Both the position numbers and the translations under genes were made by a program. The notes beneath the pieces are model-generated. The model was not told where the DNA came from. It did no database searches and saw only the letters and a list, made by a program, of their open reading frames with translations. Shown here piece after piece: positions 39,301 through 51,300 of a DNA stretch of 64,000 nucleotides (the first letter of the stretch is position 1; the number at the start of each line of letters is the position of its first letter). This DNA comes from Camelus dromedarius (taxonomy: Eukaryota). The stretch spans positions 22,198,001 through 22,262,000 of the forward strand of contig NC_087436.1 of the NCBI RefSeq assembly GCF_036321535.1, written 5' to 3'.

Positions 39301-42300
39301 CATCAGGAGTTTAATTATGTGAAACATCAATCTTTCATCACTTGATTAACAGTAGAACCACTTCTACATCACATTTGTAAACGATGGCTTTCTGAAGTTT
39401 TCTTACTGGAGAGGGTCTTCATCCTCTATGGTACATTCACATAGGTGGAAATTTACACTAATGTTCTTTATGTTCTACTTGATCTAACTGCCTATGGGGA
39501 TTGTCTTTTCTAATAATATCAGATTTATTAATGAAGCTAGTCCAGTTCCATAACTACATAAATCAAAATGAAAGCCTGTCATAACTTATGTCATAAAGAA
39601 ATAGTACACTTCAGTTTTCTTTAATTGAATATTTATTGACTATCAGCTAAGAGCCAGACACTATGCTGTGGTCTAGAAAATGAGGTAAAGAAGCAGAATC
39701 CGTATTAGTGACTTGTTCTGTCCATTAATGGGTTTTCAGGCATAATACTTTTTAACAGAAATAAAATGAAAGGATTAAGAGATTCTGAACCCTGCCACAT
39801 TTTTTTCTGTTTTGATGTTCCTGGAAACTATTCATTGATGAGAACAAAGTTCCAGAATATTTGAAATTATGCATTTTTTCATATTTTGCATTTTTTCAGA
39901 AGACTGTATCTGTGCAATCAAAGTTTCAATTTAGAAAGTAAAAATATTTAGAAGATAAATCATCTGTAAGATTAGATGAATCACTTTTATTTGAATGTAG
40001 AACATTGTTTGGATATAGTCTAAAACCAGATGGAAGTTGCTGCCAACGTAGGCTTCACAACTAGATTGGTTTTGTGGATGGTTAGGGTCAAATTACAACA
40101 CAGTGCCCTCCAGTTGATTTTATTATTTCTGTTTTATTATCCATATTTATTTTATTCATTCTTTTTTGTATTATAAACATTTTTAGGAGATAGGATACTA
40201 TTTAAATGTATAAAATAAAATATATACTGTGGTCTGGAAATTATTTAATATAGTATTGTCAAAGAATTTTAAAGTTAAAACTTCTGCTAACATTTTATGT
40301 GTTAGACAGTTGTATATAGAATGCATATTTCAGCAAGAGTATTGGTGCATAAAAAAGGATGCTTCACAGACATAAATAGATGTCTTACAAGTGAATCTGT
40401 GCTCAAGTATATTAAAATATATTATGGATGTTACTGCATAGAGTGGAATTGATTAGCTCAATCAATTATTTAATAAAACTTTAATCTTCCTCTTAAGTTA
40501 GGGAAGAAGCACTTTCTGTCTCTACCCTGAATTTTGTCACATAAAACAATGCAGCAGAGAGATGAACAGTGGCTTTTAGAACTAATGTGATGCAAAAAAA
40601 TCAAACGTCATGTGTTTACCTATAGTTGCCCTCAAAATGTTTCAGATCAAAATATTTGAGATATGCATTCATTAGTGATGTGTGCCTCAACTTACCTGTA
40701 TTTTAAAATTTTGTTAGGAAAAAAGCATTTTAGAAATTTGAGAAGAAAAATAAATAGGATCACACACGATTTTCGTTTTCTCTCAATCGTTTTGAACATG
40801 TCCGATGTTTACACACAAACACACACACGCATGCACACACACACTGTAACCAAACTGGACTACACACTATAAATACAGATGTACCTCTTGATACCCTGTG
40901 ATGTCGTTACATTATGGATATTTCCTGATAAACTTCCTCTGGAAATGAGATTATAATGACTGTAAACTAATTCTTCACTATTTTAGATATTTACCCATTA
41001 TAATAATGCTGCAATTAACATGTAAGCGTGTTTGAATATTTAAATCTTTAAGTACATCTCAGAAATGTTCCCCTAAGTTAAATTGCTGCAAGTGGAATTA
41101 TTTTATAAGGAAGAGTTACTCCTTCTCTCCCAGATATTTACTTACACAATTACTTGTTTACATCAGTGCAGGCTTGTGAATGCTTATTTTATTCTTTTGG
41201 TTTATAAATCAATACTATTATTTATTTTAGGCTCAGAGTATTCTAGAGTTAGTTCGGTTGTGTGCAAGTTAGGTGGGGAGCACTTTCAGTGGCCTTTTGC
41301 TAGCGTCCCCTGCACAGGCAATTAACTCTTACACTTACTTACTTTTTCACTCACTCCCTTACTCTCTGGTACCATGAGGGACTTACTCTAGACTCATCTG
41401 TATTTCCCCTGCCGCATCTCTCAGTTCAGCTATTTGCAAAGGAACCCTGGTTTCTTTTCTTGGAAAATAGCATTTAGAAACCAACATTTGGGTAGGTAGG
41501 AACATTTGGATGTTTCTTTAGAGTAGTGGGTACTCTCACCAGCAATACCTACATGCACTTTTTTAACTTCCCAGCCTTAAATATTTTCACTGATTTCATG
41601 CCATCTTGGATGAAGAAAATATCATATTGTCATTTCTGATTACTTGTGGCTTGATATTCTATAACAACACTATATTTCAAAAAACTATGTTTGATAATAA
41701 AATTCATGTCTTCAGTAGCACCAAATGTATCTCCAGCCCACAGCTCGGGTGGAAAAGTCATTACATTCTTCTCTTTTTACAGTTAATTAATAAATTGATT
41801 CAGTGAGTGATTTGAGTCATCTAGTTTATTGCTGTGTATGATGTGTTAAATATTAATAGGCGTTTGTGGCCACATCGTTTATTAGTGAATAGTTTCCTCG
41901 CGTTTGATTAGTTGTTTCCTCGCGTTTGATTAGTTTTTTCCTTTTAATTAAGTTCTGCAAATATTTTTAATCAATTTAACCAGTTTTAACTAATAAAATA
42001 ATTATAATCAATATCTGATCGATTAATCAATTGAATCAAATTTTGTTCATGTACTTTTGACTATTGTGTTTTACACTGAGATACATTTTGAAATCTCATA
42101 GTTAACCATATGACAGTTTTTCTTTCTTCGTATTTTGTTTACTTTTTAGCCATAATTTGTGTTTCTTAGTTGGTTAAACAGATGGTCTTGTGAATTGTTG
42201 CTACGTTTATTCATTTTTTTATGTTCCTCTATAACCTGCAGATATTTCTCTCTTCAAGTTGCAGATTTTTCTTTCTACAGTGTATCAATTTAATAATGTT

Positions 42301-45300
42301 TTAAACCTGTAGTTTTGAAGATTTTTTTGTTTGTTTTACAGCCAGGATTTTATAATATACCTTCCTCACGTCATAAATTCCTTTCTGGGATTACTACAAA
42401 TAGTGCTGAGAGAAGTATAACTTTCTTTACTGCTCTGAACACAAATAATAGGATAACTGTTCCAAACTTCTATGACCTGTGTACATTTGTATACTTTTTT
42501 AATGAAAAGAATTATCCTTTACTTTGTACACTTAGGCATACTTATAAGCATCTACTGGACGAGTAGTACCACATGCCTTCAATTTCATAATAAATTGAGG
42601 ACTTGGGGATAAAACCAGTGAATTTAGAATCTTAGATTTTTGATGTGCCCTTAAGGATTATGTAATTAAACCTCCTAAATTATGTTAAGTTTGCCTGCAA
42701 TATCTCTGCCAATTTTCACCTAGCCTATGATACTCACCTCCACTAGTAGGAAACCCATTTTTATTTTCTAGTGTGACGTACTCCAGATGTCGATCTAAAT
42801 ATCTTTTCTTTCATTTTACCCACTAGACCAGATCTAATCCTTTGCAACAAACAGAACAAATTCAGTTTCCTTTTTTCACACGATTTCCTAAGGTATCTGA
42901 AAGCAGCCGTCATGTCCCTTTTGAATTGCCACTTTGAGGGTCATTTTCCAATAATACAGCATCCAGTGCAGAGTAACACAGGAGGACCATCTCTCCACTT
43001 TTAGGTACTATTTTATTAATGATGTCTAAGTTTATATTAGCTCTTTTGACAGCCACATTTTACTAATAACTCTATTGAAATCCGTAAACCTTGCTAAATT
43101 TGCCCTATCCTTCAGGCTTCTCAAGATTCAAGTAATGTTTAAGCACCACTATATGCTAGACATTGTGAAATATGAGGGGCATAAGGAGATTAAGACATGG
43201 TCTATCTCAGTTCTACCAAAGGGATTGATGTCTATACCCATGACTGCACCATAATACACTTTTGAGTACACTCTGATAAATACCTGTTTCTTTCATCCGT
43301 CAAACTGACCGCCCTGCTGAGGTTTATTTTATTCAATTCTTATCAGCATTTCCTGTCCACTCACAGGAATAATAGATAAAAATGATGGAGAAGCAGAGAG
43401 AAATGTAGGTCCTTGAGGCACATTACTAAAAAGAACTGTGTGCATTGAAATACACTTGTTAATCACTACCCTTTGGGGATGCGTGTTCAACTGGCTGTAT
43501 GTGGACCCATTCACGTTATTGCATCTCCTGTATTTCTCTCTTTCAAAAGGGTGTCATGAAATGCCCTGTGAAAGGCCAGATACCATATTTCATTGGTTAT
43601 TTTTTTCTAATCTACCCAGCCGTAAACCCTGTCAAAAAGGATGAAGTTCCTGTGACATAATTTTCCCTAATGAGCCCAGTCTGGCTTCAGGTCAGCTTGG
43701 CTTCCTCATACATGCAGATCGCAAAATTAGTTCCCTGGCCATTGGTTAGAGTTTCATGTTCCTTGATACTCACGTTCTTTCCCAATTCCTAGCTTTCTTT
43801 TAACTTGCAGGCACATTCCTTTGGGGATCTGAGAATTTCCTTTTTCCCCCCTACATCTTTTATTTTATCTCTGGCTGCCTCCAGCTGACACAATTGTCTA
43901 GTAACTACCAAGAATTTATCAGTAATTTATCACCCATTACCCATGATTTGCTATGCCCAAGATTAGTCATCTGAAAAATTTACTTTATTCTCCAAATAGA
44001 GGCAAATCCAAGGTTTTAGCAAATCACATTTTTTAGCAAATCTTTTCCCCATCTTTTATGTTTGGTTGGCCAGAGTAGCTATCTACTGAATACACGTGAA
44101 ATAATTAATGACTAGATCAGTTAATTAATTGACACAATTAAATATACATAAGAATTCATGGCATTAAGCCTTATGGAAGAGACGCACTAAATATATGGAA
44201 AACAAAGAGGAAGAGACTTTCATTCAGTTGTTAGATATTTTTTGAGCATCTACCCTGTCCCAGGCACTATATCTAGAAACATATCCAGTCATTGCCCTAT
44301 TCTTGCAGCCTGGTGGGTGAGCAAGTTGTCCTTAAAAGGAGATACACAGAGATTTTTTTCCCAAAGAATAGCCTCTACAAGACAGAGATGGTAGAATAGG
44401 AAGTATATATCTGGGACTCATCAGCAGGTAGATAGATTAAATGGGATAAAATGAAAAGAGAAAGATGAGGAGAAGATGAGCGGAGTGTCTAATGCAGAGC
44501 CCTGGGGCATGGAGATGGCCTTCAGCTGAGGAGTAGGAAGCACCAAAGAATGAAAATGAAATGCAACTTGGATACCAAACAAGGGTATCAAAAGAGAGGA
44601 AATAGTCACATTAATAGTTAACACTGACTGCACTCACTCTGAGTGGCAAGCACTTTGCTAAGCTTTGTCTCCGCCTCCCTTCCTCCTCACAGTGAGCTTG
44701 TAAGGGAGCTTCTGTTTCTCTCCCCATGTTCTAGGTGAGGAAGTTAAGCACTGCTTCTCAGACCCCAGAGCTGCTGGACATCTGAGCAAGGATTCAAATC
44801 CAGGCAGAATGATTCTGATTCAATCTGTCAAAAAGAACTGGGTCTTCAGAATAACTTTTGGAAAAGGAATGCTTTTATTTTGAGAGCAGTTTTGCACATG
44901 GATTCACTTGCCTTTATGTTTGCTCTTAATATCTTAATGAACTGCTTTTCAGATAGTCATAGCTAATGCTTCACTTGTTTGTTACAAAGTTTCCCCTTAT
45001 CTTATAAGGCCCTAAGTTCCCAGACCCCCACCTGCCTCTTCAGGGTGCCTTGCCATCTCCTACCTCCCCCTGATTAATCCTTCCTGAACCAGCCGCACTG
45101 GATTCTTTTGAGAGCTCCCCCTCATACTTACCATGCAGGGCTTTCAAAGGTCTGCGCATCTCTACCTTCCTTCCACAGGCTCAGACTTCACATCCCCTGA
45201 GGCACCTTCTCTGATCCTTCACAGCAGGGCTGACTTTATGAGCGTGGGACCCGTGCAGGTGCACAGAGTTCCTCACTCTGCAGGGCCCTGTGCTCTGGGT

Positions 45301-48300
45301 TTAATGCTCTACAGTCACCACCTGCCTTTTGTTGTAGATAAAGTCCAACAGAGCAAAGAAGGCTGGGCCTGGAACTTGGAGACTTGGTTCACCTGCAGTT
45401 CTGCCTCCCAAGTTCTACAGTGCCTGCCCAGCATCCCCATCCTTGTGCTGGCCCAAGACCACCTCCCCTTCCCCCTCTCATGTACCAGGAGGCCTGGGCG
45501 TGGGTGCTGGAGAGCCGGGCTCAGGCTGGTTGCCTCTGAAGCTCTCTGCATGCACACATCCCATGGACTATGACATGAAAGAGTAAATAGAAATCACCAT
45601 GATAGGTTAAGAGAGATTAACTCTGTGGAAGAAAGACAAAGCTTGTCTGTGGCTTTTTGAACAGAATTCTTACATTTTTATTTTTCACTGGATTCTACAA
45701 ATTAGGTAATGATGCTCTGCAAGGGTTGCAAGTACAGAAGCCCACAGACATCATGCTGGGAAACATGACTGAGTCGGGTGAAATTGCGTGGACACTGGGG
45801 CAATCTAGAAAGTATATCCCTTCAAAAGAGGGCCACCACTCAGCTCTATTAGTCATTTCCATAGGGAACTTTGGACCTAAAGTTACTGTAACTTCTACTT
45901 TTTTCTAGTGAATCTGAATTTTATATAAAAAAAATCTCAATTTTTAAAATGTTGACCATTGATTTTTTTTAATTATTACAATGTGTGGAAGGCCAAATAA
46001 AATATATTTGCGGGCCAAAGGATGCTGTTTGTGGGCCAGGAGTTTGCAGCCTCTGTATCTCTAATGTATTGGAAATGCTGTTTGAAATTGTGATCTCCCC
46101 TACTGGACTTGGCTCTGTGAGAAGATAGGCCAAGTATTTTTCATTTGCTCTTGAATCTCCAGAATCCCTGACATAATTCTTGGCAAGTAGTCGGGGCCAA
46201 TATTGTGGAGTAAAGGCCTAGTCACTTTGATCTACAACTGCTACACGACAAGAAACGCTTAGTCAGGCTTTCTTGTTATTATCAAGTGACTATCTTCAGC
46301 ATATGTGCATTTTTATGCATACATGCCTGATAATCATTATATCCTCAGAACTTGCTCTTAACATTGGACAGTCATTTCAGTGGTTTTTATACTGTGTAGC
46401 AAGTCTGTTTTATTTTTTAAAGTGCAAAGATGCAAGCACAAAGCATTATTTTCATCAAAAGGCTTATATAGCCCTGTAGGAGTCCATGAATTTCTACACA
46501 TGAATGTTTAGAATTTCATTGGGAAAGAAACACCAATGAATGAGGCTCTTCTAAACTCAGGTTAGGTCAACAGGGGAAACAACTTTTAAAGTACACGTAC
46601 AGGTTAAAGAAGAACTTGGTAAAAAAATAAAAGATAACAGATATTTTTATTATAAACTTAGAGTTCTAATAATAATGATACATTATGACATTTTTGAACA
46701 TTTAGCCTTATCAGAAACTAATGTTTCCCTAAAAAATTGTGCAGTGAATTATGATGTAACAAAATAACATGTGACTCAGAGCCAGGGTAATTGGCAAGTC
46801 CACTTATTTAGCTACATGGCCTTTGGCAGATCACTTAAATTCTCTGGACCTCACTTCCTTTGTTGGTAAAATAAAGATCATCTGCAAATTTGTAAGATCT
46901 CTTCCAGCTCTAAAGTTTTATAATGATAAGGATGTTGCATTATTTTTAAATTGATTTAATTTTTTTCTTTTAAGTCATTCAGAATATTTTAGTTGATCAT
47001 CTACTATGTGCCAGGCAGTATTCCAGACCCGGGGGTACAACAATGAATGAAACAGACAAAACACCTGACATCCTAAAGTTTATATTCTTTTTATGTCTCT
47101 TGACATAAAAAAATAACAAAAATAGGGCATTACATGATATGTTAATGGTGATAAATGCTGTGGAAAAATAGAGCGCAAAGTAAAAGTGTTTGGGGATATT
47201 GTTGAAGTTTAGTAGTGTGGTCAGTGTAGGCTTCATTGAGAAATTGATGTTTGAGCAAAGACACAAGGAGATAAGTTGCTGAGCCATGTGGATGCCTGCG
47301 GTAAGGCTATATGGGGCATTGGAAACAGCTAGTGCAGAAGCCTTGATGCAAAAGTGATTCTGCTGTAATCAGGAAACAGCAAGGAAGCTGATTTGGTTTG
47401 AATAAAGTGAAGGAGAGAGAGTAGAAGATGCATTTAAAGAGGTAACTTGGGGGAAGACTCATGTGGGGTCTTTATATTGACTTTGGCTGTTACTCGGAAA
47501 AAATCGAGAAGCAATTGTAAGGTTATGGGCAGTGGATTACCCTGATTTGACTTTGATTTTAACACCCAGGCTGTTATGTTGAGATTAGCCCGTAGATGGA
47601 AGGAGGAGAAGCAGGTGTAGACCAGTTAGAGAGCTAGTGTCATTCTCTAGGTGAGACATGGTGGTGGCCTGGACTAAGAAGGTGTCAGTGGAGACAATGA
47701 AAAGTTGATACTTTGAAAGTGGTGCCGACAGAGTTTTCTGATGGTTTGACTGGGAGAGTGAGAGAAAGGGAGGTGTCAAGGATGACTTGACAGTTTTTGA
47801 CCCAGGCAGCTGGAAGGATGGGGTGGCCATGTACTGGTCGGGGAAGACTCGAGATAGAATAGTTTTTGTGGTCCGGAAGAGGAGCTCACTTGGAACATGT
47901 TAGGTTTACGTGGAAATATCAAGTGTGCAGTTAGATATAAGAATCTGAAATTCAGGAGAGAAAGAGGTTCAGGTTAATGATCTAAATTTGGGAATTGTCA
48001 ACATATAGATGGTACTTAAAGCCATGAAGCTGAATAATGTCAGCAAAGAACTGAGTCTTCAGAGAAAAGGGAAATGACCTACAGATTACAAATGGGGACA
48101 TCCTGATAATAACAAGTGGAGGAACTGGCATCAGAGTTGAATAAGGAATGGCTAGTGACCATGTATGACAGCCTGAGATCCAGGGTTAGGAAGTATTCCA
48201 TGAGGGAGTGATCAGCATGCCCGGTGCTGCTGATAGGTCAAGTGAAACGAGGACGGAGAAGTGACTTTGGACTTAGCCGTGTGGAAGCCATCGGGGACAC

Positions 48301-51300
48301 TGATGAGAGCAGCTTTACTAGAGCAGATAGGGACTAAAGCCCCAGTGGGGTGCGGTAGGAGGAACAGGAAGAGGAGGAGCTAGAGACAGCACGTAGGGAA
48401 AACTCTGAGGATTTTCATCATGAAAGCAAGCAGAAAAATAGGGTGGAAGCTACAGAGGGAAGTAGGGTCAAGAATGGGTTGGTTTTTAAAGATGGGGAGA
48501 TAATTAGATCAGTGTGTATGCTAATGGGAATGATCTGGTAACCAGGGAAGTGTTAATAATGTCGGAGGCAGGGAGGAGAATTGCTTGACTAAAACTCTTA
48601 CGTAGTGAGAAGGGGTGAGATCTGGTGTCCAGATAGAGGAGCTGGTCTTAACTAGAGAACAAATAGTTCATCCTCCGAAATAGAATAGAAGGAAAAGTGT
48701 AAGAAATAAATGCTGGTAAGTGGACAGATATTGGGTACCATGTGCAAATTATGTTTGTTTCAACTATTTTAAAGATAGTAGCTAACAGTTTGGGGTTGCT
48801 TAATCTGGGCTAAAAGTTGTTTCTAAAATACTGCCTTTATTATTTCATTCTTGCAACAATCATAGGAGTAACTCTACACGTTTAACAGACAAAGAAGTGG
48901 AGGGTTGAAGTTAGCTGTGCACTTTCACGCCTAGTCCAGTGGCAAAGCCTGGATTCCAGCCCTGGGGTCTGAGTGGAGAGCCTGTCCCTCTCACCCAGCT
49001 TGCGGCACTGCTGTTCTTTCCAGGAAAAAAACATCTCTAATCTTAACTCTGTGCAGATAATTTTTTGCTATCATGCTTTTAACGAAATGTTAAGTTTTAT
49101 CAGTCACAAATTGGCGATATTATGAGATAACTTCATGAAAATCAATCCCCTTGGTGTCTCTTAAAGGTTTACTGTGGAAACGTACCTTTTGCAAAAACTG
49201 AGAATTGCCACGTATTCATAGTTACAACTGAAAAGTTACTTAGCATTCTCATAAATCTGATGATATTCACACCTACAGGGAAACTGAGATGGACAAAGAA
49301 AAAAGATTCAGATCTCCCACGTGGGAACTTTGGGGCTTATAATTATTGAAAAGAATGAGAAATGGTACTGTTCACATTATGTTTGGTCACTTGCCTACCT
49401 ACTCAGCACTTGTAAGTTAAATTTATTTATGTGAGGCTTTGTTGTAGTTGTAGAAATAATTTTTTTAAAGGGTGCACTATATTGAACTTTTCTAGGAAAC
49501 TACTGCACTCTCCTAGTTCACTTCAGGATAGAAATGTATCTCCTCTTCTGGCCTCTGGATGTCTGTGCTCTGATCAGGCTTCAATCAACTCAAATTCATC
49601 ACTTTTCTCAATTTTAGAAACTGGGCCAAATTTAAATGACAAGAGCTCTGTGATGCAGATGTATTGGCGATTTCAGGTTGACCAGTGACCTATGAGCCAC
49701 GCACTTAGTCTTCAGTGCTCAGCGTATTTATAGGTCAGAGTCCTGAGGTTACAGTTCTTTTGAAGCCAAAAGACAAAATAAGCCCGATGAATATGAGTAT
49801 GAGGCTCTTCCCTGCCCAGCATAACCGTGGTCCAAAACTTTTGTGCTACAACCTATTTGATGAATGGATTTAGTTCCTGGAAACTGTCTTAGCAGAATTT
49901 ACTTAAGGCTTTCAGCTTTGTGCTTTGAAATGAGAAGTTTAACCAGGATATCAGTTGATGCATTTCCTTTGCTATTTTTCTGAGAGCAGGACTGGAAGGT
50001 TTTAGGACACTGCTCTCCACCTGGCAGGACTTAAACAAGGTTCCTTTGACATGAGAAGAAGTTGCCTTTGTTCTTCTCCTAACAGTTCGCCTGGAGTTGA
50101 GCAGTGCACTCATTTCGCGTACATCCGGAAGGTGCCAAGATTGTCACGTACCTTGGATCATAGTCCCCTGGGCACCAGGATGATCACATTTGAACATACA
50201 GGAGTGTCCTTTGTGTGAACACCCTTGGGGCCTTTAAGACTGCTCTTAGGTAGAGGCAAAGGAAGGTACAGCATTCATTTGTGACCTGCCTCCCTGCCGT
50301 AAACCTTGCCGTCCCTGATACCCATTATTTCTAGATTTGGCTCTGCTGCTTAACTGTGGGCTCTCTGCTCACTCACATGCTGCACCTTCCTGTTTCTCTC
50401 CCCAGTGCTACATACTCAGCCCTATGCCTGCTGTGGTGACTGCCCACCTGGTTTTCCACTGGTTTTTCCCATAGCTTCAGACTCAACATTTATTTCCCCT
50501 TTACTCCTGCCTTTTCCAAGTCCTTGAGTCATCTAGTCCCTTCCCTCTCCCCTCCAGTCCCCCTTCTGACCTCCTCACAGCTTCTCTTCACGGCACTCAG
50601 CCTCATCACACCAAACATCGCTCCCAGATTCTGTTCCTGCAAAGGCTCGCTCGATGGGGATGTTCACTCCCCACACACCTTGCAGCTTCGCTGAACTCCC
50701 TCTGCACGGGCCTTCCTTCAGGTGTTCAGTGAACCACACAGCCGTGAATGAATATGATCTTCTCACCGGAGATGCAATCTCTTGCCTCTAAACTGTTCAC
50801 CCCCGGAGGTGTTTTGTCACCGTCCCAACTTTTATAGCAATGATCTTACCCTCCTTATATTATAGGTATTACTTTACACCTCTTATTTTCTCTTCTATAT
50901 TTTAAGCTTCTTGAGGGTAGGGGCCATGAGTTTTAATATGAGTATCACCCATAGGACCTCACATCTCAGGTTCTGTGTGGCTAACAAGTGAGTATGCAGT
51001 CAGCCCTGCACATCCGCAGGTTTCACATCCACCGTTGGTTGAATCCCCAGATGTGGAACCTTCAGATAGGGAGAGATGGCTGTACTGTACCATTTTATAG
51101 AAGAGACTTGAGCATCTGTGGATGTTGGTTTTCACAAGGGGTCCTGGAACCAATTCTCCATGGATACCAAAGAACAACTATATTTCTTATGATGGCAATG
51201 AAAGAAGATGGAAATTGATATAAGGAAGACAGGTTAGCATTTGCTGAAGAAAGACAAATGCAGATTTTTAAAAAGTCCTGGACCAGAGCAAGGAGATGGA

